64,000 nt of DNA from Candidatus Latescibacterota bacterium. GTDB lineage: Bacteria; Latescibacterota; UBA2968; GCA-2709665. The notes under the pieces were generated by a model that was not told where the DNA came from, ran no database searches, and was given only the letters and a program-made list of their open reading frames with translations. The DNA is taken from contig CAXXXF010000016.1 of NCBI GenBank assembly GCA_963667175.2, positions 64,001 through 128,000 on the forward strand, written 5' to 3'. Below, piece after piece: positions 10,241-20,224 of this stretch (the stretch's first letter is position 1; every line of letters starts with the position of its first letter). The position numbers and the translations under genes are program-made.

Positions 10241-10467
10241 GCTCACACGCTGGAACCGGATTCATACCGGTTCTCTCTCTGCTTTCGTTTGCGCGTGAGA
10301 ACGGATCTATCGAGTCGATGAAGGCGGAGGTTTCGGGCCGGCGCGAGCCCGAGACCTTCCCGGGATCGCAACCGGGTCGCTCAGGGTCTTTCAATCGGCG
10401 CGGCGCGTTGGCGTGCCGACGTGTTTGTCCCGACGAAACGACGAGGCCCGGTCTGCCGTAACCTACC

Positions 10468-10496
10468 TTGACAGCTTGATTTATCTTGTCTATATT
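10468..10496 (+). promoter_or_regulatory. sigma70 promoter, probably for the formate dehydrogenase operon
   Basis: TTGACA (10468-73), N17, TATATT (10491-96); implies a leader of about 270 nt. Confidence 0.65.
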
Positions 10497-10632
10497 ATCT
10501 TGAGCGGGTGGCTGTCGGTCGCAAGGCGCTGGCTTGCGGTTTACGTCGTTGCGTGTCATACAGGCAATCGAAATCTTCATCATGCTTCGATCGTTTCGGG
10601 ATTCATTCTGTATTGATGCACTGATTTCTTTT

Positions 10633-10770
10633 GCGACTCCGTGAACTGAAGCGCGGCCGAATTGCGACCTGAAGTCGTCTTTACGGTTCCGGCCACTTCC
10701 CGGCGAAAACGGCCCGGTTGATCCGGATTCAGGCGGGTTGTTTGTATACAGGCATCGATGGGAGCGTTCC
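10633..10770 (+). ncRNA. Putative Moco/Wco-type cis-regulatory leader RNA
   Basis: GACTCC could pair with the GGGAG SD. ACCTGAAG...TACGGT enclosed by GGCCG/CGGCC resembles the Moco RNA motif as I recall it. It lies upstream of a Mo/W enzyme. Judged by eye only. Confidence 0.35.
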
Positions 10771-12432
10771 ATGACGGGCCTTCGGGACGACGAGCTGGTT
10801 CGAAGCTGGAAAGACGAGCCGGCGCCCCTGCTGCCGTTGTTGCACGCGTTCCACGACCGGGATGGATATATCTCCGATGAGGCCATCCGATCCATATCCG
10901 CGGGCTTGAAAACACCACTGGCGGATCTGTTTGGAACCGTTACGTTCTACCATCACTTATCCCGCAAGCCCGGGGGCCTGCATGAATATCGGGTGTGCAC
11001 GGGCCCGGTATGCGCGCTTCAGGGAGCGCGGGAGATGTGCGATGCCCTTAACGGTGTACCTATGGCCTGCCCGGGCAGGTGCGACCAACCGATACCCGTA
11101 ATCCAGAACCACCGCGTGCTCGTGGGTCCGAACGCAGGGGATCTGCAGGAGGTCCCGACGCCAATGCCGGAAGACAACCCGGGCGGCTTCGAGGAATGCG
11201 TCTTTCGTCATATTCGAACGCCGAAGCGTTCGGAACTCCGGGAGTATCGCGAGACTCGTGGATACCACGGTCTGGAAAAGGCCGTAACCAGGATGGCGCC
11301 AGCGGAGGTCGTGGAACGGGTCACGCAGAGCGGGCTGGCCGGGCGCGGGGGGGCCGGCTTCCCCACGGGCGCAAAATGGAGGGCGGTTGCGGACGCCGGC
11401 GGCGGTACGAAGACGGTTGTCTGCAACGCCGACGAAGGGGAACCCGGCTGCTTCAAGGATCGCGCCCTGATGGACCATGATCCCCACTCGGTGCTGGAGG
11501 GAATGGCCATTGCCGCGTACGCAACCGGCGCCAAACGCGGGTTCATCTATCTCCGGTACGAGTACCCGCAAACGTGGAACGTCCTGGAACGCGCCCTCGG
11601 AGAAGCCGAGGCCGCCGGATTGCTTGGCAATGGCATTATGGGGACTGACTTCGACTTTCGGGTGCATCTTCGGCGCGGGGGAGGGGCGTACGTGTGCGGA
11701 GAAGAGGGGTCGCTGCTCAACAGCCTGGAGGGCAAACACCCGTTCCCGAGGAACCGCCCGCCCTTTCCCGTAACCCACGGGTTCGAGGATATGCCCACGG
11801 CGGTAAACAACGTTGAAACGCTGGTTGCCGTACCTCAAATCCTCCGGAAAGGCGCGGATTGGTACCGGGCACTCGGACTGAACGGACATCCAGGCACCAA
11901 AGTCATCAGTCTTTCGGGCGATATATCGAACCCGGGGAACTACGAGGTTCCCTTCGGCCTGCCGCTGAAGACCCTGCTGTATGATTGGGGCGGCGGCGCG
12001 CCCGGGGGCCGGAGCATCCAGGCGGTCACCATGGCGGGGTTGTCCGGAGGGTTTATCGCGGGTGACGCACTGGAAGCCACGCTCGACGAACCCGGCCTCC
12101 GCGGTTACGGGTCGTTTCTGGGCGCCGGTGGCATCATCGTCTTTGACGCCAGCCGGAACATGGTCGAGGTTGCCCGCGGCGCGATGGCCTTTTTTGCAGA
12201 CGAGTCCTGCGGCAAGTGTTTTCCGTGCCGCATCGGGACTCGCCGGTTGTCGGAAAGGCTTAAAGGTGACGGCGGCCCCCGGCAGGTCGGGACGTGGCGG
12301 GCTGAGGTCCATGATATCGGCCAGACCATGATCGCGACCAGCGCGTGCGGACTGGGCACGGCGGCGCCTCTGGTGACCGAAAGCCTCATGAAATACTTTC
12401 CGAATCAGGTGGAGACGCACGTCGCACGTTAG
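10771..12432 (+). CDS. NAD-linked formate dehydrogenase diaphorase subunit (NuoE-like 2Fe-2S domain fused to NuoF-like FMN/NADH domain)
   Basis: N-terminal CTGPVC...CPGRC; GRGGAGF, NADEGEPG, YVCGEE, ESCGKCFPCRIG...SACGLG; ATG 10771 after GGGAG. Confidence 0.9.
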   Translation: MTGLRDDELVRSWKDEPAPLLPLLHAFHDRDGYISDEAIRSISAGLKTPLADLFGTVTFYHHLSRKPGGLHEYRVCTGPVCALQGAREMCDALNGVPMACPGRCDQPIPVIQNHRVLVGPNAGDLQEVPTPMPEDNPGGFEECVFRHIRTPKRSELREYRETRGYHGLEKAVTRMAPAEVVERVTQSGLAGRGGAGFPTGAKWRAVADAGGGTKTVVCNADEGEPGCFKDRALMDHDPHSVLEGMAIAAYATGAKRGFIYLRYEYPQTWNVLERALGEAEAAGLLGNGIMGTDFDFRVHLRRGGGAYVCGEEGSLLNSLEGKHPFPRNRPPFPVTHGFEDMPTAVNNVETLVAVPQILRKGADWYRALGLNGHPGTKVISLSGDISNPGNYEVPFGLPLKTLLYDWGGGAPGGRSIQAVTMAGLSGGFIAGDALEATLDEPGLRGYGSFLGAGGIIVFDASRNMVEVARGAMAFFADESCGKCFPCRIGTRRLSERLKGDGGPRQVGTWRAEVHDIGQTMIATSACGLGTAAPLVTESLMKYFPNQVETHVAR

Positions 12433-12475
12433 TAGCTGGCGCATGTTAATCGTAACCGAATCCGGAAGGCGGGGA

Positions 12476-15205
12476 ATGATGGTTGCAGACGGGGATAAAG
12501 CCGATACCGCCACAATGACGCTGGACAGCCAGACAGTCAGGTTTTCCGACGGGGAAACCGTTTTTGACGTTGCGCAAAGGCACTCGAAATTCGTGCCGAC
12601 CCTGTGTTACGATTCCCGCCTGAAACCCTTTGGCAGTTGCCGCCTCTGTGTGGTCGACGTGGAAGGCGCGCGAACCCCCCTTGCTTCGTGCACGACCCCT
12701 GCAACGCCCGGGATGGTCGTTCGCACGCAGACGGATGCAATACAGAAACATCGCAAGGTGTTGCTGGAGTTGGTGGCCTCCGAAAACCCCGACGTGGACG
12801 TAGACCCCCTTAGCGGCTATGCCTCCCAGGAACTGGCTACGCTTGTCGATCGATACGGCGCGCGGACGGGCCGGTTCAGAGGCACCCGTTCCGGACGCAG
12901 CAAGCCGGAGGACGACAACCCGTTTCTTCTGCGAGACTATGAAAAGTGCATTTCCTGTTACCGTTGCGTCCGGGTGTGCGCCGAGCAGGAGGGGGACGAC
13001 GCAATCAGTGTGATGAACCGCGGTTTCGATACGCAGATCGTTACCGAATTCGACGGCTTGCTGAAAGAGTCGTCGTGTACGTTCTGCGGGCAGTGCATTC
13101 AGACGTGCCCGACGGGCGCCCTTGCGGACCGGAAGGCGCTCCGGGCGGCCGGCGAACCGGGAGAAATAGAAAAGACCCGGACCGTCTGTCCGTATTGCGG
13201 GGTCGGTTGTTCGGTGGACATGATGACAAAGGGGGAGAAGATCGTAGGAATCCAGCCCGCGATGGACGGTCCAGCGAACCTGGGTGCGCTTTGTGTAAAG
13301 GGGCAGTTTGCGTTCGATTTCGTGCAGCACCGCGAACGGCTGCGAGTGCCGCTGGTGCGGCGGGAAGACGGCAGGCTGCGCGAAGCCGGCTGGGAGGAGG
13401 CGCTGGATCGCGCGGCGCAGGGATTCATGCATGCACGGACGTCGCATGGAAATCTCAGCGCGTACGGCGTGGCGTCCGGCCGTGCGCCAACCGAGGCCGC
13501 TTACGTGATGGGCAAATTCATCCGCGCCGGCTTCGGTACCAACTACATCGACAACTGCAGCCGTGCCTGACACGCCCCTACGGTTGCCGGTCTGGCAGCC
13601 ACCGTCGGAAGGGGCGCGATGTCGAATCCACTGGTCGACATGGAGAAGCCCGATGTGTTCTTCTGCATCGGGACGAATATGACCGAGTGTCATCCGGTGG
13701 CGGCCACGCGCATGAAGAAAGCGGTACGCGGGGGTGCGAAGCTGATCGTGGCGGATCCCCGGCGCATCCCGCTGGCGGAGATGGCGGATCTGTATCTTCC
13801 GTTGCGTGTGGGGTCGGATGTTGCCCTTCTGCTTGCGATGGCGCACGTGATTGCGAGGGAGGGGTTGATCGACAGGGGGTTTGTCGAAAGCCGGACGACG
13901 AGGGCCGGGGACTTTCTCGAGCACGTGAAGGAATATCCCCCGGAGTGGGCCGAACGGATTACGGGGGTGCCGGCAAAGGATATCGAACTCGCCGCGATCT
14001 GGTACGGCATGGCGGATAGGGGCGCCATCTACTATACGCTGGGCATCACCGAACACATCTGCGGCGTCGACAACGTTCAGAGCCTGTGCAACCTGGCGCT
14101 GATGACGGGAAACGTGGGCCGCGAAGGCACGGGCATCAATCCCATGCGCGGTCAGAATAATATCCAGGGCGCGGGGGATGCAGGCGCTATCCCGGACAAA
14201 TTCCCCGGGTTCCAGGCGTGCGATGATCCGGAGATGGCGGCGAGATTCTCGCGAATTTACGGCCGGCCTCTGAAACCGGAAAAGGGAATAACGAAGGTGG
14301 CGGCGCTGAACCTTTGCGGAGACCGCATCCGCGCCATGCTGATCGACGGCGAGAACACGGTCGTATCCGACCCCGACAGGGCCCATTGCGCGAAGGCATT
14401 GCAGAGCCTGGACCATCTGGTGGTGATCGACATCTTCCTGACCGAAACGGCCAGACTTGCCGACGTCGTGCTGCCGGCCACGGCATGGGGCGAAACGGAC
14501 GGGACGTGTTCGAACACGGAGCGGCGCGTTCAGCGTCTGCGCGCCGCGGTCCCGCCCCCCGGGGAGGCCCGCCCGGATTGGTGGATTGTCAGTGAGATTG
14601 CGAAACGGATGGGAGCGCAGGGGTTCGACTTCACTTCCGCGAAAGACGTGTTCAACGAGCTGTGCGCCGTATCCCCGATATACGCGGGATTGAATTGGGA
14701 TCGAATCGAACATGGCCAGTACCATTGGCCGGTTCCTGACGCCGATCATCCGGGCACGCCGATGCTGCACGAAGGCGAATTTGTGAATGGCCGGGGCATC
14801 TTCACAAAACATCGCTACCGCAATCCTGCGGAGACGGTCAGCGACGAGTTTCCCGTATGGTTGACGACCGGCCGCAGATTGCAGGCATACCACACGCGGA
14901 CTCAGACCGGACGGGCCGCGGGGATGGACTACTTTCTGTCCGAAGAGGCTCTGGAGGTGCATCCGTCGGACGTGGTGGCCTGGGGACTTACCGACGGCGG
15001 CTGGTGCCGGATGTCGAGCGAGCGCGGTTCCATCCGGATCAAGGTCAAGGCGACCCGGCAGTCGCCGCGGGGGACCGTGTTCGCCAGTTTCGGCTTCAAT
15101 GACGTTCCCGTGAATATCCTGACGGGTTCGGGCTACGATCCGGTGACGGAAACGGCCGAATTGAAGGTGTGCCCGGTTCGTATTGAATCAATTGTTCCGG
15201 AATGA
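12476..15205 (+). CDS. fdhF: Formate dehydrogenase alpha subunit (Mo/W-bisPGD), selenocysteine-containing
   Basis: Track ORFs 12443-13570 and 13619-15205 are in one frame separated only by TGA 13568-70, in context DNCSRA-U-HAPTVAGL (the FdhF active-site Sec-His position). Has 2Fe-2S, 2x4Fe-4S and CPYCGVGC motifs and RGQNNIQG. Start could be 12443, 12476 or 12479. Confidence 0.93.
13568..13605 (+). promoter_or_regulatory. Sec UGA codon plus bacterial SECIS hairpin
   Basis: UGA, 11 nt, then stem GGTTGCC / GGCAGCC with a GGTCT loop (13582-13600), closely resembling the E. coli fdhF SECIS. Confidence 0.88.
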
Positions 15206-15226
15206 TTTACTCCCGAAGGTTAAAGA

Positions 15227-16057
15227 TTGAATTCAGGCATTACACAGCGGGACGTGTCCAGGGTGAACAACGGCTTTCCGGCGCGTCCGGTTCAGGACGA
15301 CATCGCGGTTGAAGAGCCCCTGGAAATCCGCGTGGCCGGAGATCCGGTTGCCATAACCATGCGGTCGCCGGGTGACGACGCCCGGCTTGCGGCGGGCTTT
15401 CTCTTTTCAGAAGGGATTATTGCGTCCATCGAGGACGTGGGACGGGTAACCCACTGCGGAAGGCCGGGGACGGAGGCGTACGGAAACACGATCGACGTGC
15501 TGCCCGCGCCCGGCCACAGCCTGGATATCGAGCGGGTCTCCGCCAGCCGCCGGGGAACGCTGACGACGTCGGCGTGCGGGGTCTGCGGGCGGCAGGGCGT
15601 GGAAGACCTGATGGCGCGTTGTTCTGTTTTGCCGCCCGGGCCGCGGATATCGGCGGAACTGCTCCTGGATACGATTGAACGGATGACGCGGATTCAGCCC
15701 ACGTTCACCCATACCGGCGGCGTGCACGCCTCCGCCGCGTTCGGCCGGGACGGCCGCCCGCTTGTGTGTTCCGAAGACGTCGGACGCCACAATGCCGTGG
15801 ACAAGACCATCGGCGCCCTGCTGTTCGACCGTCTGGTGGGCGCGTCGTCGGGCGCCGCGCTGCTGGCCGTAAGCGGCAGAGCGAGTTTTGAAATCGTGCA
15901 GAAAGCGGCCGTCGCGAAAATCCCGATTGTCGCAAGCGTCTCCGCGGCCAGTTCTCTCGCGGTCGATCTCGCAACCGATGCGGGCATCACCCTCGCGGGT
16001 TTCGTTCGCCGCAGGGGATTCAACCTGTACGCGCACCCCGAACGGATCGGACAATAA
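15227..16057 (+). CDS. fdhD: Formate dehydrogenase accessory sulfurtransferase FdhD
   Basis: EEPLEI, TMRSPG, GFLFSEG, SACGVCG, TGGVH, EDVGRHNAVDK, SGRASFEIVQKA; TTG start. Confidence 0.95.
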   Translation: MNSGITQRDVSRVNNGFPARPVQDDIAVEEPLEIRVAGDPVAITMRSPGDDARLAAGFLFSEGIIASIEDVGRVTHCGRPGTEAYGNTIDVLPAPGHSLDIERVSASRRGTLTTSACGVCGRQGVEDLMARCSVLPPGPRISAELLLDTIERMTRIQPTFTHTGGVHASAAFGRDGRPLVCSEDVGRHNAVDKTIGALLFDRLVGASSGAALLAVSGRASFEIVQKAAVAKIPIVASVSAASSLAVDLATDAGITLAGFVRRRGFNLYAHPERIGQ

Positions 16058-16058
16058 G

Positions 16059-16286
16059 ATGCCTATCTTCGAGTTCATCTGCAGCAGGTGCCGCCATCCC
16101 TTTGAGGCCTTCATTCAGGGGTCCCGGGAGCCGCGTTGTCCGTCCTGTGGCAGCGCCGAACTTGAGAAGCAGCTTTCGGTTTTCGCTGTCAGCGGCGGCG
16201 GCGGTCGGACGGAGGCGCCCGCGCCCCTAGGACCGTGCGGAACCTGTGGAGACCCCAGGGGCCCGGGCGCCTGTACGATAAGCTAG
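16059..16286 (+). CDS. FmdB-family zinc-ribbon protein
   Basis: MPIFEFICSRCRHPFE...CPSCGS..LEKQLSVF and a C-terminal CGTCG. Confidence 0.88.
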   Translation: MPIFEFICSRCRHPFEAFIQGSREPRCPSCGSAELEKQLSVFAVSGGGGRTEAPAPLGPCGTCGDPRGPGACTIS

Positions 16287-16409
16287 TGCCCGGTCCCAAG
16301 AACACCTCACCATTCTTCCGCCTGCCTGCGCAGTGCCCTGCGCTGCAGGCAGGCAGATTCATCGCGATCCGGCGGCCGAATTCAGGCGATCGATTTCCGG
16401 TACGGAACA
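16287..16409 (+). mobile_element. MITE-like element, internally deleted copy (123 bp)
   Basis: Matches both ends of the 20225 and 54150 copies with degenerate TIRs; flanked by CTAG (contains the upstream stop codon) and CCAG. Confidence 0.7.
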
Positions 16410-16422
16410 CCAGACATCATGG

Positions 16423-16449
16423 CCCGGTTCATAACACCGGGTTTTTTTT
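16423..16449 (+). terminator. Rho-independent terminator of the fdh operon
   Basis: CCCGGT-TCATAAC-ACCGGG followed by T8. Confidence 0.8.
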
Positions 16450-16538
16450 ATGCGCACAAAACGAGGAAGCGAACGCATTTTCAACCGAACCCGACGAATA
16501 CGGAGATCATCTTCCGCGTTAACGTTGAAAGAAATGCA

Positions 16539-16570
16539 TTTGTGCATTTTGACATACGAACCTATCTTTG
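16539..16570 (+). promoter_or_regulatory. Putative promoter with overlapping palindromic operator
   Basis: TTTG-N20-TATCTTTG (equivalent to TTGTGC-N17-TATCTT); inverted repeat AAATGCA-N4-TGCATTT at 16532-16549 overlaps the -35. Confidence 0.45.
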
Positions 16571-16687
16571 GCAGCGTCGGCTGTTTCTTACGTTATTCCA
16601 CGAGATTGACCTCGTGAACGGATGGTTTGCGTGGTCCCGGTCGAACCGGAACGGACGCGGGCCGGCCGGGCCCGGGGAGAATGCTGT

Positions 16688-18424
16688 ATGAGCGGCCTTT
16701 GCTCGAGAGCCTACCAGCGGATACGACGACTGTTCGACGAGGACCACTGTGTGATTCTGGACGGCGGCGTCGCAACGGAACTGGAACGCATGGGGCTTCG
16801 GGACCACGCCATCAGCGATCACAGCCTGTGGGGCACGTGGGCGCTGTACCATGAACCCTATTCGGTTCTTGACGTGCACAGACGGTTCGCACAGGCCGGC
16901 TGCGACCTGATTTCAACCAACACGTGGGGGATCCTCGACGCGGCGGAGATGGGCGGACAAGGGCTGAAATCCGCGGCCGGCGTCTCGCACTGGATGGACG
17001 TTGCGCGACGTGGTATCCGGTTGGCCCGACAGGCGAATCGGGAGTCGGGCCGGGAAAACGAGTGTGCGGTGGCTTTCAGCATGAATGGAGACATCGATAC
17101 GCCTCAACGCCTGGAACGACTGCAACTGCTTTCGAGGGTATTTGCAGACGACCCGCCCGATCTCATTCTGCTGGAGACGATGTCCATTATCAGGGACGAA
17201 CTCACGCTGCCGGCGGTCGAGCTGATGATTCAATCGGAGATACCGGTGTGGCTGAGCTTTCGGCGCTGCCGGGAGGGCCTGTGCGGGGTTCACGGACAGC
17301 ACTGGGGCGGCCCGGAGGGCGATTATTTCGGCAGATTGGCCGGCCGTTTTGAACGAATGAAAATAGGCGCCCTCCTGATCAATTGTCTCCCGGTGGATCA
17401 CGTACCGGGAATGATCTCGTGGCTGAGGGATTTTACGGATCTCCCGCTGGGCGTGTACCCGAACCTGGGGCGTTACCTGGACCCGGGCTGGAAATTCGAC
17501 GAGGCCGTCGGACCCCCGCGCTTTGCCGCGCTGGCCCGTGCCTGGCGGGACGAGGGCGCGCAGATCGTCGGCGGGTGCTGCGGTGTCACACCCGATCACA
17601 TTGCCGCAGCACGGGAGGCGCTGGCCGGTACGCTGCCGGGACGAAAGCGGTTCCGGCCGCAGACAGCCGCGGCGGCCGGAAGCCGGAAGAACGCCCCGGT
17701 TGTTCCGCACCCGTGGGTGGACGCGGACGGGAGGACGCTCTTTCCGCTGCCGTTCCCTGAAATTACGTGCGATCCGGGAGTATTCGCTCCCACGCAGGGG
17801 AGCTTTCTGATCTGGAAGCACCTCTTTCGAACGGGCGCCGGGCAGGGCAAACGCTGTCTGGACGTGGGTTGCGGCACCGGAATCCTCTCCGTGCAACTCG
17901 CGTTGAACGGAGCCGAACAGGTTGTGGCAATCGATATCCAGAAAGAAGCCATCGGCAACACGATGACGAACGCATTTCGAAACGGCGTGGCCGACCGTAT
18001 TTCCGCACGGGTCGAGGACCTCTACACCTACATCCCGGAAGAGCGGTATGACCTGGTGATCGGCAGCCTCTATCAGATGCCCGTGGATCCGGTCCGGCAG
18101 ACGACCGGGCACCGACCCGCGGATTTCTGGGGCAGAAATCTATTCGATCACCTCATCGCTCTGCTGCCTGAGATGCTGGCTGATGACGGCGTCGCCTACC
18201 TGATGCAGATATCGGCCTTGAGTCAGCTTCGGTCATCCGAACTGATTTCGGCCGCCGGTCTGAAAGCAAAGGTCATCGACTTCAGCTTTTTTCACTTCAG
18301 CCCGGTATTCGATGAAAATACCGATCAGATCCGGCGGGTCTCCGAGTTGTCGGACGCCTTTCACCTGAGCTTTGGCCGGGACAACGTCATGGTGATGTAC
18401 CTGCTTGAGGTCAACTGGAATTGA
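16688..18424 (+). CDS. Homocysteine S-methyltransferase domain fused to a class I SAM-dependent methyltransferase
   Basis: N-half: ILDGGVATELE, ISTNT, LLET, INC, GVYPN, IVGGCCGVTPDHI. C-half: PGVFAP, LDVGCGTGILS, AIDI, YDLVI. Confidence 0.85.
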   Translation: MSGLCSRAYQRIRRLFDEDHCVILDGGVATELERMGLRDHAISDHSLWGTWALYHEPYSVLDVHRRFAQAGCDLISTNTWGILDAAEMGGQGLKSAAGVSHWMDVARRGIRLARQANRESGRENECAVAFSMNGDIDTPQRLERLQLLSRVFADDPPDLILLETMSIIRDELTLPAVELMIQSEIPVWLSFRRCREGLCGVHGQHWGGPEGDYFGRLAGRFERMKIGALLINCLPVDHVPGMISWLRDFTDLPLGVYPNLGRYLDPGWKFDEAVGPPRFAALARAWRDEGAQIVGGCCGVTPDHIAAAREALAGTLPGRKRFRPQTAAAAGSRKNAPVVPHPWVDADGRTLFPLPFPEITCDPGVFAPTQGSFLIWKHLFRTGAGQGKRCLDVGCGTGILSVQLALNGAEQVVAIDIQKEAIGNTMTNAFRNGVADRISARVEDLYTYIPEERYDLVIGSLYQMPVDPVRQTTGHRPADFWGRNLFDHLIALLPEMLADDGVAYLMQISALSQLRSSELISAAGLKAKVIDFSFFHFSPVFDENTDQIRRVSELSDAFHLSFGRDNVMVMYLLEVNWN

Positions 18425-18560
18425 AGGGGTCTGCAGACGCTGCCCACCGGCGCATCGTGCGGTTCGATAAACTGCGCGGCGGTTTCGCGCATCTCCGTAC
18501 CCGGCGCGCAGGAGCGATTTGCCCGGGTAGCGTGAACTCGATATACGCAGGGAATGGGAG

Positions 18561-19391
18561 ATGGACGATCGGTTCCTGAAGGGACGCGCCGCAATTGTCA
18601 CGGGAGGCGCAAGTGGACTCGGCAGGGCAATCGCGTTGCGTCTGGCGCACCGCGGCGCGGACGTCTGCATCATGTCCCTGAGCAGCCGGCGGGTGGAAAG
18701 AGTCGATAGCGAGGTCAAATACTTCGCGGACGTCGGCGAGATCGAGGCCACCCGAAGGGAGATACGGGAAACGGGTGTGCGGTGTATCGGTCTGGACGGA
18801 GACGTCAGTTCGACGTCGGACGTAGAGGAAATGATCGTCCGGACGGTCGAGACATTCGGCAGGCTGGACGTCCTGGTGAACAACGCCGCGACAAACGTGA
18901 TCCATCCCGTCCTCGGCCACGACAACCGGGCCTGGCGGCGCGTGATCGATGTCAATCTGTTCGGTCCCTACCTGTGCGCCCGGAACGCGCTGCCCCATAT
19001 GATCGAGAATGGTTGGGGACGTATCGTCTCCATCGGATCCACGAATTCCCACGTCGGCACGTCCGGTTACAGTGCTTACGCCGCATCCAAGCACGGGTTG
19101 TTGGGGTTCAGCCGATCCCTCTCGCTGGAAGTGGCCCGCCACCATATTACGGCCAATACCGTCAGCCCGGCAACGATCGAGACACCATCCGGGCAGATGC
19201 ATCTGCTCAGGTGGGCGGAAGACCAGGGACTTTCTCCCGAAGCGATGCGCGGGGAGTTCATGAAATCCTATCCGCAGGGGAGATTCCTTCGCCCGGAGGA
19301 AATCGCAGACCTGGTTGTCTATCTGTGCCGGGAAGAAGCGCGGGGAATCAACGGGGAAGATATCCGTGTGACAACGGGCGCGATGTACTGA
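18561..19391 (+). CDS. Short-chain dehydrogenase/reductase (classical)
   Basis: TGGASGLG, VNNAA, catalytic YAASK. Confidence 0.92.
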   Translation: MDDRFLKGRAAIVTGGASGLGRAIALRLAHRGADVCIMSLSSRRVERVDSEVKYFADVGEIEATRREIRETGVRCIGLDGDVSSTSDVEEMIVRTVETFGRLDVLVNNAATNVIHPVLGHDNRAWRRVIDVNLFGPYLCARNALPHMIENGWGRIVSIGSTNSHVGTSGYSAYAASKHGLLGFSRSLSLEVARHHITANTVSPATIETPSGQMHLLRWAEDQGLSPEAMRGEFMKSYPQGRFLRPEEIADLVVYLCREEARGINGEDIRVTTGAMY

Positions 19392-19441
19392 GATGAACCG
19401 TATGGTCCTCTCCCGGGTTTCCGATTGTGAAGGAGACGGTG

Positions 19442-20224
19442 ATGGATCTGGGATTGAAAGGCCGCAGGGCGCTGGTGACCGGCGCGAGCAAGGGCATCGG
19501 CCGGGCGATCGCATTCGAGCTGGCAACGGAAGGCGCCGACCTGGCAATCTGCGCCCGCGGACCGCGCGCTCTGGAGGAAACGGCGGCGGCGTTGAAGGCG
19601 GCAACGGGCGTGAACGTGTTCGCGGGTGCCGCGGATGTAACGGTCGACCGGGAGGTCGGGACTTTCGTGGACGGGGCCGCCGCCGCGCTGGGCGGGCTCG
19701 ACGTCCTCGTGAACAACGCCGGCAGTGCGCTTCCGGGCGCCTTCGAAGAGGTGGACGAGGTTCGCTGGCGCGCGGATCTGGACGTAAAGCTGTTCGCCGC
19801 GATGCGCTGCGTGCGTACGGCCCTGCCTCATCTGAAACAGAGCACGCAGGCAAGGATTATCAACATAAACTCGATTGTCGGACGCCAGATTGCACCGGAA
19901 TACATCGCCAACAGCACCGATCGAGCCGCGTGTCTGGCGTTCAGCAAAGGTCTGGCGGACAATCTGGCGCAGTACGGCATTCTTGTAAACAGCGTGAATC
20001 CGGGCAACGTCAGGAGCCAGGCCTGGGACAGCACGCTGGACTACTTCGCGCCGGACGCGGAACTGGAAGACTATTACGTCCGGGCGAGCCGGGAAACGCC
20101 GCTGGGCAGGGTGGCGGACGCCGGCGAGATTGCCGCGGTGGTGGCCTTTCTGGCGAGCAAGCGGGCAAGCTACATCACGGGAACTTCCATCGACGTGGAC
20201 GGCGGGCTGGCGAGGTACATCTAG
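19442..20224 (+). CDS. Short-chain dehydrogenase/reductase (BKR-like subgroup lacking YxxxK)
   Basis: MDLGLKGRRALVTGASKGIG, VNNAG, NSTDR at the catalytic position, YITGTSIDVDGG; SD AAGGAG. Confidence 0.9.
   Translation: MDLGLKGRRALVTGASKGIGRAIAFELATEGADLAICARGPRALEETAAALKAATGVNVFAGAADVTVDREVGTFVDGAAAALGGLDVLVNNAGSALPGAFEEVDEVRWRADLDVKLFAAMRCVRTALPHLKQSTQARIININSIVGRQIAPEYIANSTDRAACLAFSKGLADNLAQYGILVNSVNPGNVRSQAWDSTLDYFAPDAELEDYYVRASRETPLGRVADAGEIAAVVAFLASKRASYITGTSIDVDGGLARYI

Noticed and set aside
13568-13570. TGA read as a nonsense mutation splitting fdh into two genes
   Set aside because: It falls at the catalytic Cys/Sec position and is followed by a SECIS hairpin.
12446-14962. 838-aa antisense ORF, and similar long shadow ORFs at 10957-12513, 30659-32788, 50090-52153, 52199-54076 and 54462-56369
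   Set aside because: They lie opposite well-supported genes, have no recognisable motifs, and are expected from GC-rich codon bias.
16450-16687. SAM or SAH riboswitch upstream of the methyltransferase cluster
   Set aside because: Only short hairpins are visible; no consensus I can recognise.
19900-19950. SDR lacking YxxxK taken as a pseudogene or novelty
   Set aside because: The ORF is intact and the N/S-xxx-R pattern is known in a BKR-like SDR subgroup.
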